Source: an uncultured SAR86 cluster bacterium (GTDB lineage: Bacteria; Pseudomonadota; Gammaproteobacteria; Magnimaribacterales; D2472). Taken from it: a DNA stretch of 64,000 nucleotides. Location of the stretch: NCBI GenBank assembly GCA_902559885.1, contig CACEJU010000003.1, positions 33,542 through 97,541 of the forward strand, in the 5' to 3' direction. The stretch's first letter is position 1. The number at the start of each line of letters is the position of its first letter. The notes under the pieces are model-generated. The model saw only the letters and a program-made list of their open reading frames with translations. It made no database searches and had not been told where the DNA came from. This document shows, piece by piece, positions 20,461 to 29,063 of the stretch. The position numbers and the translations under genes were made by a program.

Positions 20461-21385
20461 TATTGATTCCTGTTAATTCATTTAAACCTAGAAGGTAATT
20501 TGTGTTTTGTATTGCTTGAGTTGCTGCACCTTTTAAGAGATTATCAAGAACGCAAATTACTCTTAGTGAATTGCTTGAACTGTCGATGCAAAAACCACCT
20601 ATATGGACTTCGGATTTTCCCGCTATATTGCTGATATAGGGAACTTCTTTACTAATCTTTATGAGATCTTGATTATTATAAAATATCTTATAAATTTCTA
20701 TTATTTCTTCTATTTGCATTTCTTTATTAAGATAAATTTGGCTTGTTATATTAATGCCCCTAAAAAAATCACCTACATGAGGTACAAAAGAAATATTTTC
20801 ATGGCAATGATGTCTTACTTCTTTTTGATGAAGATGGTCGTTTAAGCTATAAGGCAATATATTATCCTTTAAAGTATTTGGATCATTTCTTTCGTTTGGA
20901 GTTGAACCAGCACCACTATATCCTGAAATACCAAAGCAACTTGCTTGTTTAATAAAATTTTTAATTGGTTCAATTGCAAATTGAATAGCTGATGCATAAC
21001 ATCCTGGATTGCTTATATATTTTATATTTGATGGTTTGCTGATCTCTGGAATTCTGTAATACCAGTTGCTATCAAATCTTTGATCTGAGCTTAAATCAAT
21101 TAGCATCAACTTTGGATACATTTTTTTAAGATTATCAATGTATTCAAAAGACTTATTATTAGGAAGTGCGAGTATTGCTAAATCAATGTCTTCTAGGTCA
21201 TCGAAACATGTTTCTGAGTATGATAAAGAAATATTTCTATTGTAAATAGAAACTTTTTTACCAGCCATTGTTGATGAAAATACTTTTTTAAGCTCAATGT
21301 GATCATGATGGTTTAATAATGAAATAATTTCTTTGCCGACAAAACCCCTGCCACCAAATATTACTATTGAGAATTTTTTATTCAT
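20453..21385 (-). CDS. argC: N-acetyl-gamma-glutamyl-phosphate reductase
   Basis: NPGCYA active-site Cys motif and an N-terminal Rossmann FGGRGFVGKE. I place the start at MNKKFSIV (21385), which overlaps the argA/B stop by 8 nt. The track extends 15 codons further into argA/B. Confidence 0.85.
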   Translation of the reverse strand: MNKKFSIVIFGGRGFVGKEIISLLNHHDHIELKKVFSSTMAGKKVSIYNRNISLSYSETCFDDLEDIDLAILALPNNKSFEYIDNLKKMYPKLMLIDLSSDQRFDSNWYYRIPEISKPSNIKYISNPGCYASAIQFAIEPIKNFIKQASCFGISGYSGAGSTPNERNDPNTLKDNILPYSLNDHLHQKEVRHHCHENISFVPHVGDFFRGINITSQIYLNKEMQIEEIIEIYKIFYNNQDLIKISKEVPYISNIAGKSEVHIGGFCIDSSSNSLRVICVLDNLLKGAATQAIQNTNYLLGLNELTGINNE

Positions 21386-22688
21386 AAGATATCGATACCT
21401 CTTTAGAGTCCGCATAATTAATGCACTCAATTATTTCATCAGAATTTTTGACACCTATCCAAAAAATATTCCATTTATCAGTTTTATGAAATCCATCAGA
21501 AATTTGTTTGTAGAATCCATTGATATCGTTACCGTGTCTTGATCTCCAAAAAACTTTAGAATTCTCTTTAATCATTTTTTTCCAAATAGAGTTTCCTAAG
21601 CCTTCACCCCTAGCATTGGGTGTTACAGCAAATTTATCCATATATGGGATATTTTTATGATTATCTAGCAAAATAATTGCCCTCTTGCATGAACTTATAA
21701 ATAGTTTTTTATCATGAATTGAATTCATATATTGATTAGACACTTTTCCATTAAAAGAATTTTCTAATATAAATTTGATTGTATTGCTGTAATCCTCTGA
21801 AACGTACTCAAATGTATCAATCTGGTGACCTTTTTTTACAAGGGTTCCTTTACCAGAATCTGAGAATAATTCTTTGGGTAAATCTATAGGTGATGTGATT
21901 GAGCATGAGCTATCTGACGGAAGATTTTCTAAAAGAATTTTAATCTGTTCAATTTTTAACTTCATACCCGAATGAAGCCAGTCTTTATTTATTAGGTTAT
22001 CAAAATCATCCTTTATACTAATATTTGAGATGATCTTATTATTTTCATCAAGCACTCCTCCTGTGGCAGTTAAAAAAATAACTTTGTCAGGTTGTACTAT
22101 TTTTGCTAGTTCTAAGACAGCAATATCTGCATTAATATTAACTATTTGATTAGAGCCAAGTGCTCCTAATGATGCAATTACTGGGATCTTATTATTATTT
22201 ATAGAATTTTTAATTTCTTGAATATTTAATCCTTTGATCTCTCCAACATACCCATATTTTTTATCCAATAATTCACAATCAAAATAACCATCGGCGTAAC
22301 CAATCGCTTGTACATTCTTTTTGTTTAGCGCATTTACTATAAGATTATTTGTGTCTTTGAATGCTTTTATTGCTTCATCTAAAACATCTTCATTAGTAAC
22401 TCTAATACCGTCAATAAATTCAAATTCAATATTTTTTTCATTTAATGTGCTTGTAAGTTTTGGTCCGCATCCATGAACTATTATTGGGCACAGGCCTACC
22501 TCATGAAGAAAGCTAATTGAGTCGGTCAAATTCTCAAGATCATCAGTGACTATCGCTCCACCGACTTTAATAACCGCAAACCTAAAATCATCAGATTCGA
22601 ATCTCTGTAGATATTTTTTAATTTCTCTTTCGCTGGTAAATCCATCTAATAGCCTGAATAGAGATTTTTTACTTAGATCTTTAGTCAT
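21378..22688 (-). CDS. argA/B: bifunctional N-acetylglutamate synthase/kinase (vertebrate-like NAGS/K, ArgA/B type)
   Basis: 436 aa. Amino-acid-kinase domain (AVIKVGGAIV, IIVHGCGPKL, NVNAD), then KLKIEQIKILLENLP..SITSP..LPKELFSDSGKGTLV, then a GNAT domain (YMDKFAVTPNARGEGLG..FWRSRHGN..KWNIFWIG). From memory, this is collinear with the Xanthomonas/Maricaulis bifunctional enzyme rather than with E. coli ArgA. Confidence 0.75.
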   Translation of the reverse strand: MTKDLSKKSLFRLLDGFTSEREIKKYLQRFESDDFRFAVIKVGGAIVTDDLENLTDSISFLHEVGLCPIIVHGCGPKLTSTLNEKNIEFEFIDGIRVTNEDVLDEAIKAFKDTNNLIVNALNKKNVQAIGYADGYFDCELLDKKYGYVGEIKGLNIQEIKNSINNNKIPVIASLGALGSNQIVNINADIAVLELAKIVQPDKVIFLTATGGVLDENNKIISNISIKDDFDNLINKDWLHSGMKLKIEQIKILLENLPSDSSCSITSPIDLPKELFSDSGKGTLVKKGHQIDTFEYVSEDYSNTIKFILENSFNGKVSNQYMNSIHDKKLFISSCKRAIILLDNHKNIPYMDKFAVTPNARGEGLGNSIWKKMIKENSKVFWRSRHGNDINGFYKQISDGFHKTDKWNIFWIGVKNSDEIIECINYADSKEVSISYE

Positions 22689-22690
22689 AG

Positions 22691-23878
22691 TTATTTATTA
22701 ATTTCAGACCATGTTTTTGTGCTTAATCCATAAAGCTTTATAAAACCTTGCGACTCTTCTATTGACCATGAAGCTGATTGAGCATAAGTTGCATCCTTGC
22801 TATTTAATATATGTCTTGAATCTATTTTTACAGCATCGGCTTTTCCAGCATTAAGTTCTAAAGTAACCTTTCCAGTGACTTTTGATTGCGTATCCTTCAA
22901 AAAAGTTTCAAGATTTTTTCTAAGTGGATCAAAATAAAAACCTTGATACAAAAGTTCAACCCATTTATTACCAACAAACTTCTTAAATTCATTCTGTTTT
23001 GCTGTAAGAACTGCTTCCTCTAAAGCTTGATGTGCTATTTTTAATAATGATATACCAGGGGCTTCAAATACAATTCTTCCCTTAATCCCAATGATGGTGT
23101 CATTGATAACAATTTCTCTACCAATTCCGTATTTTCCGCCGATTTTATTTAGATTTTTAACTGCATCTGATGTATTTATATTAACTCCATTTATAGACTT
23201 GATGTTGCCCTTGTTAAATTCAATAACAATTTTTTTTGCTCTTTTTAGCTGTTTCTCCGGTGGATTGCATAGAACATATGTTTCGTCAGATGGCTCATCA
23301 AATGAATCAATCTCTGAGCCAGATATGGTTACTCCTAATAAATTCTCATTAACGCTATATTTCTTACTTATGTTAGGAACCTTAAATCCCTTCTTCTTTA
23401 AAAAAGATAATTCATGATCTCTTATATTTTTATATTCTTTCTGAATTTCTCTAATTGGTGTAATTATTTTGAAATTGCCATTTGCATGTATTGATAAATC
23501 AAATCTAACCTGATCATTTCCCATACCAGTACATCCATGAGAAATATAATTAGTTTTTAATTTTTTACATAAATTTACCATCTCTTGCACAATCAAATAT
23601 CTATCTGAGCAAAGTATTGGATATTTGTTTTGGTATACAGAATCAGACCATAACAATGGAGTAACAATAGATTTGCAAAGCTCTTTTTCAACATTCTTAG
23701 AAACATGCTTCTTTGCTCCAAGCTGATAGGCTTTCTTTTCTATTATTTTTTCTTGTTTCTGTGAAATCCCGCCAGAGTTGATAAAGATTGTATATACGTC
23801 AAATCCCTTTTCAATTAAGTATGGAACACAAAAACTAGTATCTAATCCTCCTGAAAATGCTAAAACAATTTTTTTCAT
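22691..23878 (-). CDS. argG: argininosuccinate synthase
   Basis: 395 aa. N-terminal AFSGGLDTS ATP-PPase motif and HGCTGMGNDQVRF. Confidence 0.9.
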   Translation of the reverse strand: MKKIVLAFSGGLDTSFCVPYLIEKGFDVYTIFINSGGISQKQEKIIEKKAYQLGAKKHVSKNVEKELCKSIVTPLLWSDSVYQNKYPILCSDRYLIVQEMVNLCKKLKTNYISHGCTGMGNDQVRFDLSIHANGNFKIITPIREIQKEYKNIRDHELSFLKKKGFKVPNISKKYSVNENLLGVTISGSEIDSFDEPSDETYVLCNPPEKQLKRAKKIVIEFNKGNIKSINGVNINTSDAVKNLNKIGGKYGIGREIVINDTIIGIKGRIVFEAPGISLLKIAHQALEEAVLTAKQNEFKKFVGNKWVELLYQGFYFDPLRKNLETFLKDTQSKVTGKVTLELNAGKADAVKIDSRHILNSKDATYAQSASWSIEESQGFIKLYGLSTKTWSEINK

Positions 23879-23886
23879 ATTTTTTC

Positions 23887-24882
23887 CTATTTAATTAAAT
23901 TTGTCATAATTGATTTTTGGACATGAATTCTGTTTGCAGCCTCTTTAATAGCTACGCAATTTTCTGAATCCATTACAGCATCTGTTGCTTTTATATTTCT
24001 TCTTAATGGCAAGCAATGACTGAACAAAGCATTATTTGTGTAGCTCATTTTTTTTTCATCAACAATGAAATGCTTATATTGATCCCTAATTTCTTTTTCT
24101 TGATCTACTTTGTTAAAGTAATTTATTGATCCCCAGCTTTTTGCATAGACAATATCAGCACCCTTATAGCCATATTCAATATCATGAGTGATCTCAAAGT
24201 CTTTATTATTTTGTGAACAATTATTTTTTGCAGATCCTATAAAACTATCATGAAGTAAGTATTCATTATTTGGACAAAGCATCTTAATATTCATACCAAA
24301 CTTGCTAGCTATTAGTAAAGATGAGTTTGCTACAGCTGTATTCAGTGGCTTAGGGTGATATGTCCATGTTAGAAGATAGTTTTTGCCTTCCAATGACCCT
24401 AACTCTTCTTGAAGAGTTAATATATGTGCTAGCTCCTGACATGGATGCGTGATTGTTTCCATGTTAATAACAGGCACTTTTGAGTATTTAGCAAAACTAT
24501 TAATAACATAATCAGAGATATCATCATTTATATCTTTAAATTTTGGAAATGATCTGACTGCTATAAGATCACAATATTCTGATAAAACTTGAGCAACCTC
24601 TATGATATGTTCCTCATTCTCTTTATCCATAACTGTATTTAATTTAAATTCTATTGGCCATGCATCTTTTCCAGGATTTAAAACTACTACACAGCCACCT
24701 AACTCTTGAACTCCAAGTTCAAAACTTGTTTTTGTTCTCATAGAGGGATTAAAAAAAACTAAGCCAACAGATTTATTCTTAAGACTATCTTGAAATCTAT
24801 TTGTTTTAAGATATTTCGAATAATCCAAAATATCTTGTAATTCCTCTTTAGTCCAATCAACTGTCGATAAAAAATGTTTCAT
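23887..24882 (-). CDS. argF': N-acetylornithine carbamoyltransferase (AOTCase, argF' type)
   Basis: 331 aa. FFNPSMRTKTSFE carbamoyl-phosphate motif, GKDAWPIEFKLNTVMD, ITHPCQELAH, HCLPLRRN..ATDAVMDS. Near-collinear with the Xanthomonas AOTCase as I remember it. It includes the Glu of WPIEF that is associated with acetyl- rather than succinyl-ornithine specificity. Confidence 0.75.
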   Translation of the reverse strand: MKHFLSTVDWTKEELQDILDYSKYLKTNRFQDSLKNKSVGLVFFNPSMRTKTSFELGVQELGGCVVVLNPGKDAWPIEFKLNTVMDKENEEHIIEVAQVLSEYCDLIAVRSFPKFKDINDDISDYVINSFAKYSKVPVINMETITHPCQELAHILTLQEELGSLEGKNYLLTWTYHPKPLNTAVANSSLLIASKFGMNIKMLCPNNEYLLHDSFIGSAKNNCSQNNKDFEITHDIEYGYKGADIVYAKSWGSINYFNKVDQEKEIRDQYKHFIVDEKKMSYTNNALFSHCLPLRRNIKATDAVMDSENCVAIKEAANRIHVQKSIMTNLIK

Positions 24883-24899
24883 TTATTTACTCCTATAAC

Positions 24900-24924
24900 A
24901 AAAAAACCCAGCGCAAGCTGGGTC
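24900..24924 (-). terminator. intrinsic terminator hairpin 17 nt upstream of the argF' start (attenuator candidate, and also the only terminator after the P450 gene)
   Basis: Minus strand: ACCCAGC-UUGC-GCUGGGU followed by a U run. The AGGAG Shine-Dalgarno of argF' lies between the U run and the ATG. Confidence 0.7.
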
Positions 24925-24947
24925 TTTTTACACACGACAAGAACCAG

Positions 24948-24992
24948 CTACAAAGCTGTTCCCCGTCTGTTTTGTAAACTTAAGTTATTCAT
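24948..24992 (-). promoter_or_regulatory. candidate 14-codon leader peptide ORF with tandem Arg codons (MNNLSLQNRRGTAL*)
   Basis: ATG AAT AAC TTA AGT TTA CAA AAC AGA CGG GGA ACA GCT TTG TAG on the minus strand. It is preceded by an extended -10 TGCTATAAT (plus 25001-25009). It is followed by alternative pairing segments that overlap its stop codon. Confidence 0.4.
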
Positions 24993-25041
24993 TTCGAAGA
25001 ATTATAGCAACAAAAAAAGATTTTGAAAGCACCAATTGAAA

Positions 25042-26394
25042 CTATTTCAATTTAATGGGTAAATCTTGTATTGCATGAACAAAATTATTTGGAGCTACTT
25101 TCCAAGACCCATTTAATTGATAATTAGGAAACCTTTCTAAAAATTGTGAAAAGAATTCGTTTAATTGCATTAAAGCAATAGGTTTACCTAAACATGTATG
25201 CCTTCCAAAACCAAATGCTAGATGTTTGTCAGCATTTTTTCTTGTTATATCAAAAATGTCAGGATTTTTAAATATCTCTGGGTCTCTATTGGCTGCACCG
25301 TACCATAAAGCAATTTTTTCAAATGGCCCTATTTCTTGTCCTCTTATATTAGATTCAACTAAGCTAGTTCTCCTCATATGGATAACAGGAGATACGCATC
25401 TAACTGTTTCATGCAAGAAATTTTGAAAATGATCGCTATGACTTAATAGAAGATTTTTTTGGTCAGGAAAGTCTGCTAATAGTTTCACACCGCCGCTCAT
25501 TGTATTTCTAGTAGTATCATTGCCAGCAAATATAATAAGCAGCCATGAACCATCTAAAAATTCTTGGGATAGCTCCTCACCCTCTATCTTTGCATTAGCA
25601 ATTGCACTCAATAGATCATTTGTAGGATTCTTCCTTTTTTCTTCTAGTATATGCCTACCATAATCAAACATTTCATCAATCATGTTGTTGAACATCTCAA
25701 CAAGTGATGGATCGGGAGTCGAATCACTAATACCATCATTCTTTTGTTTAATTTGTTCCAAGGTAAAATATTGAGCAAGCTCTAAAAATTCCATCCACTC
25801 AACTAGTTTCTGTCTATCACTTTCTGGTATACCTAAAATCTCAGACAAAGTATAAATTGGTAATTGTTGAGAAATTTCTTTAACTAAATTAAATTCATTT
25901 AGTTTTTCAGCGCTATCAAGAAGTTCTTTTACCTTTATAGCTACTTTAGTCTGCAGATTAGCTACAAAATTAGGTTTAAAAAAAGGCATATGCTCTTTTC
26001 TTAGATTTAAGTGCATCTCACCATCAAGATTAAGCATATGATCTATAGTAGTTTTAAATAATTTTGGGTGTCTGTTTTCTTCTGAGCCAAAAGTTAATAA
26101 ATTACCGCTAGCATATTGTGAAGAAAATATTTTTGGGTTCATTGATACATATTTAATATCTTCATATTTAGTCAAAACCCAATAACCAGGTTCATCATCA
26201 AAAGGCATCGATTCATGGTAAAAAATAGGAGCATTTTCCCTGAGATCTTTATAAAAATCATAAGGTTGTCCATTAGTGAAAATATCCAAATCATTTAAGG
26301 ATTTATCAGCAGCATAAGAATACTTAGAATTATATGCAGGTGAGTTTAATTTATTATTTAAGACTTTATCAGATAAGACAAACCCTTTAGGCAT
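25042..26394 (-). CDS. cytochrome P450 monooxygenase
   Basis: 450 aa. Heme-thiolate loop FGFGRHTCLGKPIA, I-helix FAGNDTT, and an ExxR-region (HETVR). Confidence 0.85.
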   Translation of the reverse strand: MPKGFVLSDKVLNNKLNSPAYNSKYSYAADKSLNDLDIFTNGQPYDFYKDLRENAPIFYHESMPFDDEPGYWVLTKYEDIKYVSMNPKIFSSQYASGNLLTFGSEENRHPKLFKTTIDHMLNLDGEMHLNLRKEHMPFFKPNFVANLQTKVAIKVKELLDSAEKLNEFNLVKEISQQLPIYTLSEILGIPESDRQKLVEWMEFLELAQYFTLEQIKQKNDGISDSTPDPSLVEMFNNMIDEMFDYGRHILEEKRKNPTNDLLSAIANAKIEGEELSQEFLDGSWLLIIFAGNDTTRNTMSGGVKLLADFPDQKNLLLSHSDHFQNFLHETVRCVSPVIHMRRTSLVESNIRGQEIGPFEKIALWYGAANRDPEIFKNPDIFDITRKNADKHLAFGFGRHTCLGKPIALMQLNEFFSQFLERFPNYQLNGSWKVAPNNFVHAIQDLPIKLK

Positions 26395-26415
26395 TTAAGA
26401 TACCACGAACAAGAT

Positions 26416-26500
26416 TGGTAGGCATGGAGGGAATCGAACCCCCACGGCTTGCGCCACTAGGTTCTAAGCCTAGCGTGTCTACCAGTTCCACCACATGCCC
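26416..26500 (-). tRNA. tRNA-Leu (anticodon TAG)
   Basis: 85 nt, class II. Acceptor GGGCATG/CATGCCT (G1-U72), anticodon stem CTAGG/CCTAG with loop CTTAGAA, a long variable arm, T-loop TTCGATT, and an encoded CCA. Confidence 0.85.
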
Positions 26501-26555
26501 GGAATGCATGATTATATATTTAAAAAGCATCGAATGGTAAAGAATAGTTAAAAAA

Positions 26556-26948
26556 TTATAAGTCATATGAAATTTGATTTTTTCTATGAATCTGAATGAT
26601 TCGCAAGGCTATTAAACATAGTAATGCAAATAGTGCTGTTGCTAAAGAATACAATGAAAAACCGTCATAAAATAATCCGAAAATTTTACCAAATAGCATA
26701 AAAGAGATTATGTATATTAAGATTGATGGGATTTGAACTTTTGAAGAAGAGTAAATAGACCTAAGTGTTAAATAGCCGCAGGCTACATGAAAACCGGATA
26801 AACTCCTTACAATAGCAGCCTCTTCAATACTAGATACTTGTATTGGTATTACCATGGAGACTGGAGTAACAGGATTTAAAATAATAAATAAGCCGTACGC
26901 AATAGCAATAATGGAAATAATAAATAAAAAAGCTCTTATTAGTATCAT
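26556..26948 (-). CDS. small four-TM membrane protein (possibly DUF4345-like)
   Basis: 130 aa, four hydrophobic helices. 4-nt overlap with the upstream ORF. Confidence 0.45.
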   Translation of the reverse strand: MILIRAFLFIISIIAIAYGLFIILNPVTPVSMVIPIQVSSIEEAAIVRSLSGFHVACGYLTLRSIYSSSKVQIPSILIYIISFMLFGKIFGLFYDGFSLYSLATALFALLCLIALRIIQIHRKNQISYDL

Positions 26949-27172
26949 AAAATACCCAACATATATAAAGAAATTATAAAGCTAATAACTCCAATAATTA
27001 GCCATAAGTACATCTCTCTATCGTTATTAAATCTATATGAATTAATAGCAAGAAAACAACAAAATATAGGCGCTAAAACTATTAACCCATAGCCTATTAA
27101 TATTGCTAAAGGAATGAATGCTATCAATAAAAAAAATTGAAGTAGCCATTTATTCATTATTCTATAAAACAA
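26945..27172 (-). CDS. small two-TM membrane protein, hypothetical
   Basis: 75 aa, two hydrophobic helices. Packed between two other unknown membrane ORFs. Confidence 0.4.
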   Translation of the reverse strand: MFYRIMNKWLLQFFLLIAFIPLAILIGYGLIVLAPIFCCFLAINSYRFNNDREMYLWLIIGVISFIISLYMLGIL

Positions 27173-27175
27173 TTA

Positions 27176-27832
27176 TTATTCAGCTTTGTCAACAACCTCA
27201 TTAGCCTTGGTATTATTATCTGAAATTTGTATAAGATCTGTTTGAATCTCAAGCAAGACTTGATTGATTTGTTTTTTATAATTCTCAAGAGCTTGAATAT
27301 TATCTTCTATAAAAAATAACTGAGTTTCTATTAGTTTTATTTTTTCTTCATAATTAGATAAATTCTCTAATGTCATAGAATTCTTATCAGAAAGTTTTTT
27401 AAGAGATGTAATTTCAGACTTAATAGATTTAAGATCATTGTCAATATTGCTAACTGATTTAGTTGCTATTGATAGGTCTACCATCAGGCTATCTTGGTTT
27501 TTTTGAAGAGCAGCTATATTTACTTTATTACGTTTATTACTTAGATCCCAAAGTTTTCTTATTTCTTTATCAAGAAATTGAATATTTGCAGATATTCCTG
27601 TTAATGAGTCATTATTAATTTCATCGACCAGTTTTAATTGATCTTCAAGTACCATCAGTCGATTATCTAAATCTAACATAGATTTATCAACGATCTTAGC
27701 TTCTGTATATTGCCAATATGCTATAGCAAAAACACCTATAAGAACTAATAAAAAAATAAAACTAGCAAAAAAATTACCAGATGAGCTCTTTTTTAAATAA
27801 GCGTCTGATTTAGTTGATCTTATTTCTGACAT
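27176..27832 (-). CDS. membrane-anchored coiled-coil protein, hypothetical
   Basis: 218 aa. One N-terminal TM helix, followed by heptad-like sequence rich in L/I/K/E/N/D/S. Confidence 0.5.
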   Translation of the reverse strand: MSEIRSTKSDAYLKKSSSGNFFASFIFLLVLIGVFAIAYWQYTEAKIVDKSMLDLDNRLMVLEDQLKLVDEINNDSLTGISANIQFLDKEIRKLWDLSNKRNKVNIAALQKNQDSLMVDLSIATKSVSNIDNDLKSIKSEITSLKKLSDKNSMTLENLSNYEEKIKLIETQLFFIEDNIQALENYKKQINQVLLEIQTDLIQISDNNTKANEVVDKAE

Positions 27833-27925
27833 TATTTATAAAAATTTATATATAAAAACTGTTAATATAATCTACTGGTATATTAATATATACGTTCATT
27901 ATATTTTAGTTTAAGGGAGAATAAT

Positions 27926-29044
27926 ATGAATCTAGATTTTTCTGATGAACAAAAGTTTCTTAAGGAAGAAGCAAAAAAGTTTCTTACTAATGAAGAGGCC
28001 CTAAAAAAAGCAAGAAATGTTATGGAAAATGATGATGCTCATTTTGATAATGATTTATGGAAAAAAATAGTTGAGCTTGGATGGACTGGTATCAGAATTC
28101 CTGAGGCATACGATGGTTTGGGTTTGTCGCATTTAGAGTTATGTGTAATTGCAGAAGAATTAGGAAAATCTCTTGCTCCTACTCCTTTCTCATCATCTGT
28201 ATATATATTTACAGAATTTTTAATAAATTTTGCTAATGATGAAATTAAAGAAAAGCTTCTGCCAGCTCTTGTAAGTGGAGAAGCAATAGGTACATTTGCT
28301 GTTACAGAAGATCTTATGGCCCCAACCAAAGAAAATATAAATACATCTGTTTCTGATAATGGGGAAATTTCAGGAAAAAAAATAGCTATTCCTGATGCAA
28401 AAATTGCAACTCATTTAATTGTTGTTGCAAAGCACAGTTCAGGCATTCAGTTAAGACTTGTTGATTTATCTGATAAAAGTGTATCAATTGATCATCAAAA
28501 AACTATTGATGAAACTAGAGCTCATTACTCAGTTTCATTTAATAATACCCCTTCATTGCTTGTGGGTAGTCAATCAGATGGATGGTCTCATTACAATCAT
28601 GTCATAAATCAATCTGCTGTATTATTTGCATTTGAACAAGTTGGAGGAGCTGAAGCAACACTTGAAATGGCTACTAGTTATGCAAAAGAAAGATATGCCT
28701 TTGGAAGACCTATTGGATCCTATCAGGCAATAAAACATAAACTTTCAGACATGTATGTTGCGTTAACTTTAGCAAGATCTAATTGTTATTATGCTGCATG
28801 GGCATTAAATTCAGAGTCTGCAGATTTTGAATTAGCTGCAGCTACTGCAAGAGTTAGCTCAACAAAAGCATTTAACCTATGTTCACAAGAAAATATACAG
28901 ACGCATGGAGGTAATGGCTTTACATGGGAATATGATTGTCATTTATATTACAAAAGAGCGAAACTTTTATCAGTAAATATTGGCTCACTGAAAAATTGGA
29001 AAAATAAATTAGTTAATAATTTAGAAAAATCTAATACACATTAA
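27926..29044 (+). CDS. acyl-CoA dehydrogenase family protein, degenerate (beta-like) subunit
   Basis: 372 aa. ACAD fold (ERYAFGRPIGSYQAIKHKL, THGGNGFTWEYD). The FAD/substrate loop is degenerate (AVTEDLMAP instead of xTEPxxGSD). No Glu at either known catalytic-base position. Confidence 0.7.
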   Translation: MNLDFSDEQKFLKEEAKKFLTNEEALKKARNVMENDDAHFDNDLWKKIVELGWTGIRIPEAYDGLGLSHLELCVIAEELGKSLAPTPFSSSVYIFTEFLINFANDEIKEKLLPALVSGEAIGTFAVTEDLMAPTKENINTSVSDNGEISGKKIAIPDAKIATHLIVVAKHSSGIQLRLVDLSDKSVSIDHQKTIDETRAHYSVSFNNTPSLLVGSQSDGWSHYNHVINQSAVLFAFEQVGGAEATLEMATSYAKERYAFGRPIGSYQAIKHKLSDMYVALTLARSNCYYAAWALNSESADFELAAATARVSSTKAFNLCSQENIQTHGGNGFTWEYDCHLYYKRAKLLSVNIGSLKNWKNKLVNNLEKSNTH

Positions 29045-29063
29045 TTAGTAAAGGAATATTATT

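Noticed and set aside
24930-25041. Search for an ArgR operator (ARG box, TGAAT-N4-ATTCA-like) upstream of argF'.
   Set aside because: Only half-site-like fragments (TGAATAAC, ATTCAT) are present and there is no paired 18-bp box. I could not support an ArgR site from the sequence.
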